Shown here piece after piece: positions 47,973 through 57,383 of a stretch of DNA of 64,000 nt. Origin of the DNA: a virus; the IMG/VR virus record IMGVR_UViG_3300043496_000205, positions 4,253-68,252 of that record; one strand, 5' to 3'. The position numbers and the translations under genes are program-made. Below the pieces are notes generated by a model, which ran no database searches, was not told the origin of the DNA, and saw only the letters and a list, made by a program, of their open reading frames with translations. Position 1 is the first letter of the stretch. Each line of letters starts with the position of its first letter.

Positions 47973-48344
47973 CTATTCCCCTCTGAGTACCCTCAGTTTG
48001 CTGATAATTTTCTCCAGTGAACTGATCTTGTCCTGGTGCTCCTGATCCAGCATCCGAACCTGCTCTTCAGCCTCGGCCTTGAGCGACTCCATGCGGACGC
48101 GGTAGCTGTCGATGATCTCGATCCGTTGGAGCCCGTAGGAGCTGATCTCATCGCTGAGTTCCTGGGTCTTGGTCTTCAACAGCTTGGCTCCTGCTGCCAG
48201 TATCCTACCCATGTCGAGAACCTGTTGGGTAGCATTCTCCTGTCGGCGGACTGTCAAAGGCTTACCGATCTCCTTGGCAACCTCCTCCATCTTCTGGTTC
48301 AGGCTTTCCTCGATAGTCTTGTCGAGCTGTTCTTCAGCGGTCAT
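47973..48344 (-). CDS. Hypothetical coiled-coil protein
   Basis: 123 aa helical, E/K-rich; AAGGA RBS. Confidence 0.65.
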   Translation of the reverse strand: MTAEEQLDKTIEESLNQKMEEVAKEIGKPLTVRRQENATQQVLDMGRILAAGAKLLKTKTQELSDEISSYGLQRIEIIDSYRVRMESLKAEAEEQVRMLDQEHQDKISSLEKIISKLRVLRGE

Positions 48345-48511
48345 CTGTAAGGAGGTCCTTTCGATTCGTTCTCGTGGATGATCGCATAGGCTATGAGCGC
48401 GATGATCCCGAAGATTATGAGGAAGGTAGCTACCGGGATTATCCAGATAACAATCAGGAATAATGCTCCGGTAACTAACCCAGCTAATAGGATGGCCTTG
48501 ATAGCGGCCAT
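48341..48511 (-). CDS. Small two-TM membrane protein (56 aa, absent from ORF track)
   Basis: Hand-translated MAAIKAILLAGLVTGALFLIVIWIIPVATFLIIFGIIALIAYAIIHENESKGPPYR*; fills the gap exactly with an ATGA overlap. Confidence 0.7.
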   Translation of the reverse strand: MAAIKAILLAGLVTGALFLIVIWIIPVATFLIIFGIIALIAYAIIHENESKGPPYR

Positions 48512-48514
48512 CGC

Positions 48515-49405
48515 TTATTCTTTCGTGTCGTGTACCGGCTTCTGCAAGTTGGAGAACAGCGACTTGCTCGGCGGTGGCGTCGCTGGTTCAGTCACAGGGG
48601 CAGAGCTGTTGACATCGGGGAAAATCTTCGATGTGGCCTTGGCGATTACCGTCGCCGGGTCTCCAGGCTGTGCAAAGATCGGCTTGGACAATGCCGAAGC
48701 ATCGGCTGCCCTTGCCAACTCACCTTCCATCTCGGCTCCACGATCGACGACCTGAGCCTTGGCTGGTTCTTCCTGGGTCGGCTCTTCTGCCTGGCTCGTC
48801 CTGCGAGTCCGCATCTTTTTAGGAGCGTGCTCTTCGCTGACCATCTTTTGAATGGTGATGATAGCTCCATCCTGCTGGAACTTGATGGCGATGCCCTGGT
48901 CTTCCTTGAGGGTGATCTGTTGCATGACAGCTTCGCGGACCATGTCCTCGAGTTCCTGTCCGGTGATTGTGATCTGCATGGGTGCTAAGTCCTCAACGGT
49001 TTGAATGTTTGAAAGGGTAACTTCGACCCGAGGGTTGAGCTTATCCACCCCACCCCATCGGTAATTTATATTAGAAATGCTGTCCATATTATCGTCTGAT
49101 AATTTCTTCTGATTAACAAGAGTATCGCAGAAAAACTTATCAACGATGCAGCATATGTTCGCGACATCGATCGCGCGTTTAGAACCAAAGAAAAGACTGT
49201 AGCTCAGGTCAGCCTTGGCTATCTGAGGCAGCTGCGTGATGTCAAAAGCAATGAGCTTTTCGAACTTCACCTTGGCATTGCTCAGGATATGGAAGTGAGC
49301 GTTTCGATAGACGTTCAGGTTCAGGCTGAACCTGTCGGCGAGCTTCTTTCCCAGCCGGATATAGATCGGTAGGCTGATTGTAATATCCGGCTGGGCAGAC
49401 CCCAT
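48515..49405 (-). CDS. RusA-like Holliday junction resolvase fused in frame to a second, acidic/low-complexity domain
   Basis: SLNLNVYRNAH, DVANI..IVDKF..D.L...DDN RusA-type acidic residues; internal GAGGA-ATG at 48979. Confidence 0.72.
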   Translation of the reverse strand: MGSAQPDITISLPIYIRLGKKLADRFSLNLNVYRNAHFHILSNAKVKFEKLIAFDITQLPQIAKADLSYSLFFGSKRAIDVANICCIVDKFFCDTLVNQKKLSDDNMDSISNINYRWGGVDKLNPRVEVTLSNIQTVEDLAPMQITITGQELEDMVREAVMQQITLKEDQGIAIKFQQDGAIITIQKMVSEEHAPKKMRTRRTSQAEEPTQEEPAKAQVVDRGAEMEGELARAADASALSKPIFAQPGDPATVIAKATSKIFPDVNSSAPVTEPATPPPSKSLFSNLQKPVHDTKE

Positions 49406-50170
49406 TTAGTTACCGCTGAACAGGCTGGGCGTCTTCGCCTGGGTCTCGCCTGCCTTGGGTGGCGTACCTGGTCGGCCAGGCCGTCCGGCATTGCCATTCC
49501 CTCCGGCGCCATCCTTGATGGAGCGACGGTCACGGGTGTTGCCCTTGTTCTTCTCCAGCCAGGCTGTGTAGAACGTGGCTGCCGTAGTGCCCTGGCGAGC
49601 CTCGACCACGGTCAGGTTCGATGGGTGGTGGAACACCTTGTCGGTGGTGTTCTCCTCCCTGGATTCTGCCGTGTCCTCATACTCGCCGGTCGATGCGTTC
49701 TTGACCTGACGGTTCTTCAGCTCCTTGAGGATGCCGAAGGTGACCTTCTTGCCGAGCAGCTCGACCAGCATCGGTACCGACTTGGGCACCTCCTTCTTCA
49801 GCTCTGGGTCATAGATGTTCATGACCTTGTCCTCGGTGGTCTGCTCCGAGAGCGGCTTGTTGGTCGTGACGAGGCAGAGATCCTCGGCGATCACGAAGCC
49901 AGGCAGGGGCACCTTCTTGGTGTTGTCCTGCTTGTTGCGGAAGAAGTTCTCGTTGTTGCGGTTGGTGATCCAGAACGTCTCGCGGTACTCGCCCTTCTCG
50001 GTGTCGAGGATGACGGAGATGCTCTGCGCCTTCGAGTTCGGGGACTTGCCTGCATAGGCAGCCTTGATCGTTCCCGTGTAGGCGTCAGTGTCGAGGACAC
50101 GGAAGCCACCCAGTCTATCCTGGGTATCTTCCAGTCCTTCGGTTGTCAGGTTACCAAAGATATTGGCCAT
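49406..50170 (-). CDS. ssb: N4-type single-stranded DNA-binding protein (gp45-like)
   Basis: NIFGNL...DRLGG.....D.Y..TIK.AYAGKS, EYRETFWIT, LPGF....DLCL, C-terminal SLF; N4 synteny. Confidence 0.88.
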   Translation of the reverse strand: MANIFGNLTTEGLEDTQDRLGGFRVLDTDAYTGTIKAAYAGKSPNSKAQSISVILDTEKGEYRETFWITNRNNENFFRNKQDNTKKVPLPGFVIAEDLCLVTTNKPLSEQTTEDKVMNIYDPELKKEVPKSVPMLVELLGKKVTFGILKELKNRQVKNASTGEYEDTAESREENTTDKVFHHPSNLTVVEARQGTTAATFYTAWLEKNKGNTRDRRSIKDGAGGNGNAGRPGRPGTPPKAGETQAKTPSLFSGN

Positions 50171-50211
50171 TGATTTCTCACTCCATTTCTAGGGCTGATT
50201 ATATCAGATAA

Positions 50212-50943
50212 TCACCCGTGATAAAACTTGTTGAGGTGGTCGAGGAGCAACTGGGCGTCGTTGTCCATGTAGGTCTGGTCACGAGTGAACATCCCCATGG
50301 GAGATCTGATGCGCTCCCCGACAGTTTCTTTTGTTGGTCGGGTCTGGAAGACGTGCTTGTAACCAAGCTCCCGGTCTTCGTCGGTTATGGTGAGGAGATC
50401 TGACCCATATTTCTCCAGCTGCAGCAGCGTCACCTTCTTGGCTGACACCACCGTCGAGAAGTATGCCTCGACACCATTGTTCTTGAGCGATCCCTTGATT
50501 GGGACCACTGTTTTCATTTCGAACTTGGCCTCGTCGTAGTCGTCCCTGACATGGGCCGTGACGATCGTCGGCTTGCCCCATTTCACCACCTTGTCCTGCA
50601 TCAGGACCTTGAAGAAGTCGGCGAAATTCCCCCAGGCTTTCTGGGTGTTCGGGTTGTTCATGATGTAGATCGACTCGAACATATCCATCATGAAGGTGGC
50701 CGAATCGACCACGACACCGTCCCATTGGGCCTTGTTCTGGGTCGCGTGATCGAAGCCTTCATGGACCTCATACGGGTCGGAGACCCTGAATGTTCTGAAT
50801 GTATTTTGAAAAGGAAGCCGCTTACCGGCCTCCGTGTTCAGATACATCCACCGATCCTGGTGCCGGATATTTCTGAGGCTGGCTGACTTACCGGTGCCTG
50901 AATAGCCACCGATTAATACCAGCTGATCGTTAATTATATCCAT
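50212..50943 (-). CDS. AAA/P-loop ATPase (N4 gp44-like)
   Basis: GGYSGTGKS Walker A, VVDS Walker B, GSLK..GVE.YFS, RSPMGMF. Confidence 0.88.
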   Translation of the reverse strand: MDIINDQLVLIGGYSGTGKSASLRNIRHQDRWMYLNTEAGKRLPFQNTFRTFRVSDPYEVHEGFDHATQNKAQWDGVVVDSATFMMDMFESIYIMNNPNTQKAWGNFADFFKVLMQDKVVKWGKPTIVTAHVRDDYDEAKFEMKTVVPIKGSLKNNGVEAYFSTVVSAKKVTLLQLEKYGSDLLTITDEDRELGYKHVFQTRPTKETVGERIRSPMGMFTRDQTYMDNDAQLLLDHLNKFYHG

Positions 50944-50973
50944 AATGTCTCCCTATTAGACCGGAAAAAGCAC

Positions 50974-53130
50974 TCAGGGTGTCTGAGTGAGGAACTTCTT
51001 TGCGATCGTGATCATGATGGTGCTGTCGATCTCCTGGACCGACATCGGATCCTGAAGCTTGGCATTGAAGGCCAATACCTGCTGCCGGATGTCGAACTGC
51101 TTCCAGTTGGCGTCATAGAGGCAGAGGGCATATTTCAGCATCTGGTTGTTGCGGTTGCCCGGAGCCATCCGCGAAGCAAACCAGCGCTCGAGGTTGTCCA
51201 GGCTTCCCAGAGCCTGGTTCCTCTCCTGGTGTTGCTCGTTCCGGCTGGTCTTCGGGATGAAGTCCAGCACGTCCAGAGCTACGCCATCGAGGTTGTAGGT
51301 GACCTGGCCATTCTCATGGGTCTGCCACTTCTTGGCTCGCTGGTTCGCACTCTCGTCGGATGGGAACGGCAGCCAGGCCAGGATGCCATTCATGAATGCC
51401 TTGTACTCTTCGTGGTCGAGCTCAAGGTGGTAGTTGATGGGTAGGATCATCCTGAACCTGTTGACCTCCGGCGTGTGCCGCTTGGTCGTATAGGTCAGGA
51501 ACTTGTAATCCTTCATCAGCTCCTGGGCCTGCTCCAGGGAGACCCCCGCATCGACATCGACGACGATCATATTGAAGCCGGGGATGACGTTCTCGTCGGC
51601 CCGGTGATCGTTCCTGAAGTGATGGTTGGACCAGTGCATGTCGGGTGCCTGGGTCAGCATATAGAGCTTCTCGAAGGGCACCTCTTCCTTGAGGTAGTTG
51701 TAGGCCCAGTGGCCTGAGTACGAGACCACCATCTTCTGGAAGTCGGTCTCCTGCAGCTTCTCGCCCTTGAAGAACTCGATGCCGTCGATGAAGCTCTTCT
51801 TGATGATGATGTGCTTCTTGTAGCCCCAGGCTGCCGCCAGGGTCATCTGCTCGTCCCGCTGGGCCTTGGCCGTCTTGTAAAATGGCAGGGCCTCGTTGAG
51901 ATCGGCGTGTGTCACCTCTGCGTTGACCCCGGCGATGTACTTCGCCAGCTTCACGTAGGATTTTTCCCTCGCTAAGATTGTCTGAAAGGAAGCGCCGCTT
52001 TCTTCAACCAATTTGATCGCCGAATGCAGGTGCTCCATCAACACTTCTGTGGAGCCATCGATGAAGGCATAGGCGCCTGCCAACTTCAGGGTCTTGAAGT
52101 AGCGATGGGACATCTCCGACTTCTTGATCTCCTCGTGCTCAGGCATGGCCTCTGAAAGGCGTTCGCAGTCGATCCGGTACTCGAGGAGCTCGACCGACAC
52201 ATCGTCGTCCACGGTCATCTTCCAGCCGAATAGGGCAGGGTCTGCCAGCGTGTAGAAATGCTGTGCCCACTTGCTGAGGGTCGCATCGTTCTCCGGTGCG
52301 ATCAGGAGATTGAAGATCTCCTTGGCTGTCAGGGTCTGGTGTGCCCTGACGGGTTGGCCATAGCCGAAGATGCAGCGACGTGCGTATCCCGTTTCGAGGA
52401 AGCTGTAGAACTGATCCTCGGTGGTACTCCCATCCAATAGCTTGGCCGGCGTTCCGAACAGCAGCATGTTGGCTGGTGTCTTGCCATCCAGTTCCTGGGT
52501 CCGCTGATTTTCCGCGGTGTTCTTGACCAGCTTTTGCTTGACGATCCCCAGGTCATACAGTTCGAGGAACGTGTTGAGGATATCGGTCTGGCCGATGAGG
52601 TTCGAGCCGATCTCATCGATCTGCAGGTTGATGGATCCAGCTGAGCTCAACAGCAATTTCTGCCTGAGCTGCTTGACGGCTGGAGTGGTACCCGAGTCGA
52701 AGGTGAAGGGGAATACCCCCATCTGCTTGAACTCGGTGGCAGCCTTGTCGTACTCGACCTGTTGGTCGTTGCCATTCCTCGCTGCCCGCTGGTTGGCTAT
52801 CACCCAGAGGTTCTGCTCGGAGATCACCGGGAAGGTGTCTTCCATGAAGCGGCTCTTGAACTTGGACAGGATATCCATCTCGGCAAGACTGACCGAGTGA
52901 CCCTTGTTGGATCCAGAGGGAGCCAGGGCAAGGGCATACATGTTCACGGGGATTTCTCCCCGGTCCTTGGTGATGATGGTAGCCCTCATGCATGAGGCCA
53001 TCTTGGCGAAGAAATACGCCAGCTGGGTCCGGAAAAAACTCCGGTCCAGGTTCTGTGTTTTGTTGCAGAGAATGTCGACGATTTCTTCCAGGGTTGGGTG
53101 ATGATTAAAGCCAGTCAAATCAAGCGACAT
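50974..53130 (-). CDS. Primase/replication protein (N4 gp43-like) with C-terminal PriCT-like domain
   Basis: APSGSNKG, FDSGT.PAVKQ.R, QIDEIGSNL; primase-polymerase-like DVD, YTTKRH, RFR..LP; GNRNNQM..YA. Confidence 0.85.
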   Translation of the reverse strand: MSLDLTGFNHHPTLEEIVDILCNKTQNLDRSFFRTQLAYFFAKMASCMRATIITKDRGEIPVNMYALALAPSGSNKGHSVSLAEMDILSKFKSRFMEDTFPVISEQNLWVIANQRAARNGNDQQVEYDKAATEFKQMGVFPFTFDSGTTPAVKQLRQKLLLSSAGSINLQIDEIGSNLIGQTDILNTFLELYDLGIVKQKLVKNTAENQRTQELDGKTPANMLLFGTPAKLLDGSTTEDQFYSFLETGYARRCIFGYGQPVRAHQTLTAKEIFNLLIAPENDATLSKWAQHFYTLADPALFGWKMTVDDDVSVELLEYRIDCERLSEAMPEHEEIKKSEMSHRYFKTLKLAGAYAFIDGSTEVLMEHLHSAIKLVEESGASFQTILAREKSYVKLAKYIAGVNAEVTHADLNEALPFYKTAKAQRDEQMTLAAAWGYKKHIIIKKSFIDGIEFFKGEKLQETDFQKMVVSYSGHWAYNYLKEEVPFEKLYMLTQAPDMHWSNHHFRNDHRADENVIPGFNMIVVDVDAGVSLEQAQELMKDYKFLTYTTKRHTPEVNRFRMILPINYHLELDHEEYKAFMNGILAWLPFPSDESANQRAKKWQTHENGQVTYNLDGVALDVLDFIPKTSRNEQHQERNQALGSLDNLERWFASRMAPGNRNNQMLKYALCLYDANWKQFDIRQQVLAFNAKLQDPMSVQEIDSTIMITIAKKFLTQTP

Positions 53131-54100
53131 AATAATTATCTTTCTGTTTGCATACGGAAAATGCCGGGCAGTAATCGCAGGCTTTTACTTCTCCGGGCAC
53201 CACAATAATGACTCCCTTTCCACCCTTGCTCGCCATGTAGGCGTGGGCTTCGCTCTTATCGTCGAAGTTCTTGGTGGCCCTGAGTGTCTTGGCTGGGTCG
53301 GCGTAGTATTTGTAGGTGGTCTCCGATCGCCAGAGCTCCTTGTCGGTACAGAACGGGATCTCCTCGTCGGGAGAGTTCTTGTATCTGTTGATCTGGCTCA
53401 GCTTGTGCGTGATGAACTGTTCGACCGTAGCCATGTCGGGCAAGGCTACCGGATACTCCAGCGCCCTGGTCTGCGGGTACTTGTCGTCCCGCTTGGCCAT
53501 CATCTTCTGCCAGTCGGTGAAGACGAACTGGATGTAGACGTGGTCGCTGGTGACCAGCTCAGGGTTCAGCCAGCGGTAAATGCCACCCTGCATCGCATAG
53601 TCGGCGTCCTTGCTGCCCAACAGGTAGCTGTAGACAGAGGTGGTCTTGATATCGAACAGGCGGCCATCAAGCACCATGTCAAACTTGCCACCGATCTTAT
53701 AGTCGACGCCGTTGACACTGATCTGCCTGATGACACGCCGCTCGATCCAGACAGGAATCGTATCTGGATTGAGCTCCATGTATTTTTGATCGGGATTAAT
53801 AGCTATTTTCTTGATTACATTTTCAGGGTAACCAAGCTTCTTCATCTGATGGGCACCCGATTTGGTCCAGGCTTTCTCCACCGAGTCGTGGACGGCGTTA
53901 CCCAGGCGGGATGCGATCCAGAAGGAGATGTCCATCTCCTTATCCGATTCCAGCACCCTCTGGCTCAGGACCAGCTGTCGCGTGCTCTTCAGGAGAGAGG
54001 TGGCCGAGATGTAGTTTGGCTCATTGATGAAGTCGTAATCATCATGCAGCAGCCAGACAGCGAGAGGCAGACTGATGCCGTGTTCGTTGGTGAGACGCAT
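53120..54100 (-). CDS. PD-(D/E)xK (Cas4/RecB-like) nuclease (N4 gp42-like)
   Basis: IGGKFD....RLFDIKTTS, Q..IY..L; Cys cluster C..KELW...C.YC.AF..C.Q; GAGGGG RBS before ATG 54100. Confidence 0.82.
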   Translation of the reverse strand: MRLTNEHGISLPLAVWLLHDDYDFINEPNYISATSLLKSTRQLVLSQRVLESDKEMDISFWIASRLGNAVHDSVEKAWTKSGAHQMKKLGYPENVIKKIAINPDQKYMELNPDTIPVWIERRVIRQISVNGVDYKIGGKFDMVLDGRLFDIKTTSVYSYLLGSKDADYAMQGGIYRWLNPELVTSDHVYIQFVFTDWQKMMAKRDDKYPQTRALEYPVALPDMATVEQFITHKLSQINRYKNSPDEEIPFCTDKELWRSETTYKYYADPAKTLRATKNFDDKSEAHAYMASKGGKGVIIVVPGEVKACDYCPAFSVCKQKDNYYVA

Positions 54101-54195
54101 AAAATTCCCCTCGTATTGATCTCGGAAAGTTCGGGTGGTAGCGAACCGAAAAAAGACCCTAGCTGGATCTCTATGGTTTTGTAAAGCCATTTATA

Positions 54196-54204
54196 TGGTA
54201 TAAT
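54196..54204 (+). promoter_or_regulatory. Extended -10 consensus (TGnTATAAT) in AT-rich intergenic region, antisense to DNA polymerase
   Basis: TGGTATAAT at 54196-54204; no good -35 element. Confidence 0.35.
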
Positions 54205-54274
54205 TTAGGGCATTAACTACTATATGTAGTGGGTACCCTAACCTATTGATTTCATTAAGGAAATAAATAGGAAT

Positions 54275-56848
54275 TTAATCAGCCAAATTAACCATATCAT
54301 TCGTGAAAGCTTCCCAGATGGCTTCCTGGGTTGCCCAGTTGGGTAGCTTTATCCCATGGCTCCAGTCCGGATAGAAGATGCTGAACTTTCCGCCGAGCCT
54401 GACACTCTCGTGCCAGATATCCGGATGGTCCTGCCACTCGCAAGCGCGAACCACATAGTTGTTGGCGTACTCGATCGTCGAGAGATCATCCTGGATCAGG
54501 TAATACTGGGCGTCATGGATTTGGGCGCATGGCTTGATCTTGTGACGATGCTCGCTCGTCCTGACCCCTGCCATGAATTCCGAACCGGCTCTTGAGTTGA
54601 GCAGGCACCAGGATTGCCCTAGTGCATTACCGGCTGTCCGACCCTCTGCATCGGCTTCGAATGGGGTTTTGGAAGTCCCACGGACAACCTGATGCAGAAG
54701 GGGAGTCCTCAGCCGTAGGCCGAAGGCTACGGTAACATAGCCGTCTAACGAGGCCTGGTCCAGCTTGGCTTTGACCCACTGGTCACTGACCTCATAGAGC
54801 TCGTGGTACTTGGCCTCGATGCGCCTGGCTTTCTCTTCGGAGAAGCCGCAGTTGACCATCAGTGTGCGCCAGGTGCCCTGATAGGTCAGAGCGAACGTAG
54901 GTGCCTTGCTGTCCTGTCTCAGCTCGGAGTATCTGTCCTGGATCGAATTGATCGACTCCACGGTGTCCTCGATGTCGGGCATCTGGTCACCGAAATAGCT
55001 GAAGGTCCGCAGGCTATGGCCATCGTAACCATCGAGGTAGACCTTCAGTTTATTGGGGTCCTTAGTCGTAAGCGCCGAGATACGGTCTTCGAGCGAATTG
55101 AAGTCGATGCCGCAAAAGAACCAGCCAGGCGGTGCCTTGAAGCAGCTCTTGATCAGCTTGGCATAGCGAGTGCCGGTCGCTGGGAGGTTCTGAAGGTTTG
55201 GATCACTGGAACTCAGGCGCCCACTAACGGTCCCCCCGAGGTTGAAATTCCCGAATAGGTAATGCCATCCATCGGGTCCCGTGGCTGCCTGTTCCATCGC
55301 CGGGATCGTGCTGGTCAGGATCTTGTTGACGGCCCTGAATCTTATAAGTGCCGCCAAAAAGTCCTTAACGTCCTGACGGCTCGTATGGTTGAGGAGAGCA
55401 GTGAGCGTATCACCATCCGTGGCAGGCAGACCCGTGTCCGTCCTGGCGATGATGGGAAGCTCCAGGTTCGTATAGAGGAGCCTGATGAGCTGGGGACCCG
55501 AATTCGGATTAAATTCTTCGTCGGCGTCGGCAAAGGTGACGTACTTTTTCTTGAGGGTCTGGTTCTTCTCATCCACCCATTCCTCGTTGAGCTGGTAGAC
55601 GAATTCGCGAACCAGCAGGCTATCCTGCATTTCCTCGATGGCCTGGTCGTTGTCTTTCTGGAGGAGTTTCCTCACTTCCTGGGTCCGAGCCATATCGATC
55701 GGCAGGCCTGTCAGCTGCATCTGGATGATATCCACCATTGCTGGCTTAAAAATATCTTCATAAATTTGCAGCTGATTATCAGCTATTAATGTTGGCCAAT
55801 GCTTTCCATGGACGTACCAGGTAGCCAGGCAATCGACGAGGTTGTACTGCAGCAGCTGAGGCAGAGGCATAGCGCGTATATTTTGAATAGTCTCGACCGC
55901 GTAGTTCCCGGCGTATTCCTGCGCCTGCTCCTTGAGACCCAGACGGTTCCCGGAGCATGAATTCGTTGCTAAATAACTTATAAGCCGGGTGCAGTCCCAG
56001 TCCCTGAGCATGACCTGTAGGCCTTTCAAGAGACCCTCATTGTCGAGGATATCTTTCATGAAGAGCTGGTAAATCAGCACGCTCACGTCATAATCGATTT
56101 TGTGGAAAATCAGTTTTTGCCGAAATTCAATGAAGAAATTCTTCAGAAGTTTCCTGACCTCGGTCAGGTAAACTGGGTCGGCGCTGCTGTCGACTGGGAA
56201 GGCAACGCCTCCGGTCTTCGACCACGCGAAGGCAATCGTACCAATACCCGCCGAGTAGTGCTTGAGGGAGAATCCCTCGATGTCCACGGTGAGCGGTACG
56301 TTCATATCCTTGAGCTGCTTGAGGATAGAGCGTACATCCTGCACAGTGTTCGGATAGGCACAGTAGCCGATGATATCGACACCGGGGTCTTTATAGGTTC
56401 CGCCGATCCAGCTCTGTAGGGCATGGATGCCACTGGCAATGCGTTGGGTGACCTTCAGGGGGTCATAGAAGATGGTCCTGAAGTTGGGCACGTAGACCAC
56501 CTTCCAGGGGCCATATTCGGTGTCCAGCACATAGCCCAGCAGCTTATCAATCTTGCTGGTCGTCTTGGTCAGCGTCTTGAAATAGTCCCCGTCGCCGACG
56601 ATCAGATATTCGACCCCCAGATCCAGGAGAACCGGCGCCAGCTCATCCGTGAGGTAAGCCTTCTGTTCCTTGACCGGGGTGGATTTCTTGCCTGGTACCT
56701 TGTGCAGGTCCAGGACGACGATCTCGTTGGGATCCAGATTGTAGGGCCTGATGTAGGCTCTCTCTATCTCGTCCCTGCGGATGTCGTTGACCAGAATACA
56801 GATTTTATAAGTGCGACTTTCTTCCTGATTAAAAGTTAAATATCGCAT
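54275..56848 (-). CDS. DNA polymerase, family A (N4 gp39-like)
   Basis: Exo I DIEGFSL; GRLSSSDPNLQNLP; motif A DFNSLEDR; motif B RQDSKAPTFALTYQG; motif C IHDA. Confidence 0.95.
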   Translation of the reverse strand: MRYLTFNQEESRTYKICILVNDIRRDEIERAYIRPYNLDPNEIVVLDLHKVPGKKSTPVKEQKAYLTDELAPVLLDLGVEYLIVGDGDYFKTLTKTTSKIDKLLGYVLDTEYGPWKVVYVPNFRTIFYDPLKVTQRIASGIHALQSWIGGTYKDPGVDIIGYCAYPNTVQDVRSILKQLKDMNVPLTVDIEGFSLKHYSAGIGTIAFAWSKTGGVAFPVDSSADPVYLTEVRKLLKNFFIEFRQKLIFHKIDYDVSVLIYQLFMKDILDNEGLLKGLQVMLRDWDCTRLISYLATNSCSGNRLGLKEQAQEYAGNYAVETIQNIRAMPLPQLLQYNLVDCLATWYVHGKHWPTLIADNQLQIYEDIFKPAMVDIIQMQLTGLPIDMARTQEVRKLLQKDNDQAIEEMQDSLLVREFVYQLNEEWVDEKNQTLKKKYVTFADADEEFNPNSGPQLIRLLYTNLELPIIARTDTGLPATDGDTLTALLNHTSRQDVKDFLAALIRFRAVNKILTSTIPAMEQAATGPDGWHYLFGNFNLGGTVSGRLSSSDPNLQNLPATGTRYAKLIKSCFKAPPGWFFCGIDFNSLEDRISALTTKDPNKLKVYLDGYDGHSLRTFSYFGDQMPDIEDTVESINSIQDRYSELRQDSKAPTFALTYQGTWRTLMVNCGFSEEKARRIEAKYHELYEVSDQWVKAKLDQASLDGYVTVAFGLRLRTPLLHQVVRGTSKTPFEADAEGRTAGNALGQSWCLLNSRAGSEFMAGVRTSEHRHKIKPCAQIHDAQYYLIQDDLSTIEYANNYVVRACEWQDHPDIWHESVRLGGKFSIFYPDWSHGIKLPNWATQEAIWEAFTNDMVNLAD

Positions 56849-56861
56849 GGTAACTCGCTTA

Positions 56862-57365
56862 TTAATACAGAAGCCGGGTAGCTACATAGAATTCTATTTT
56901 CTCCCGCAGCTTCATATATTGTGAATAGGCCCTCGGATTTTCCCGAAGAGTGAATGCTTCGGGCCGGGTTCTGTCTAATTTCTGGGCACCTGGGATGTAT
57001 TCACGCAAGGCGTTGGGTAGCACATCCCGCATGTCCTGGAAGGTCTTGCAGTCTCGCAGGACCAGAGTCAACGCCTGGCGTATCCTCTCCTTGTCGGCAG
57101 CCAGGATAGCCTGCTCGGCAAGGATCTGGTCCATCTCGGGGATCATCTCGACCGGCAGGCAGCCATAGGTGCCCCTGGCCTTGTCGCCTGCTTGCAGCAG
57201 GGAATAGATGATCCCCAGGTGACGAAAGCCATCAGGCTTGCCGCCCCCGGTGACGTACTTGTCGATCATGGAAACTTCCCGCTTACGGAGGAAGATTTCC
57301 TCCCGCTCGAACAGAGCCTTCAGCAGGATATTGACGTTGTCGTAAACGATATTTTTCCCAGCCAT
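56862..57365 (-). CDS. N4 gp38-like protein (possibly Nmad5 family)
   Basis: Position between helicase and polymerase; C...QD.RD.LP pattern. Confidence 0.6.
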   Translation of the reverse strand: MAGKNIVYDNVNILLKALFEREEIFLRKREVSMIDKYVTGGGKPDGFRHLGIIYSLLQAGDKARGTYGCLPVEMIPEMDQILAEQAILAADKERIRQALTLVLRDCKTFQDMRDVLPNALREYIPGAQKLDRTRPEAFTLRENPRAYSQYMKLREKIEFYVATRLLY

Positions 57366-57383
57366 GGTGGGTCACCCTTCTGC

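Noticed and set aside
53120-54100. Cas4 as evidence of a CRISPR-Cas system
   Set aside because: Sits at the N4 gp42 position among replication genes; no cas1/cas2 or array
34839-56848. Inteins or group I introns in vRNAP, primase or DNA polymerase
   Set aside because: Frames are continuous; no C/S...HN-C/S/T splice motifs or homing endonuclease; vRNAP has no Cys
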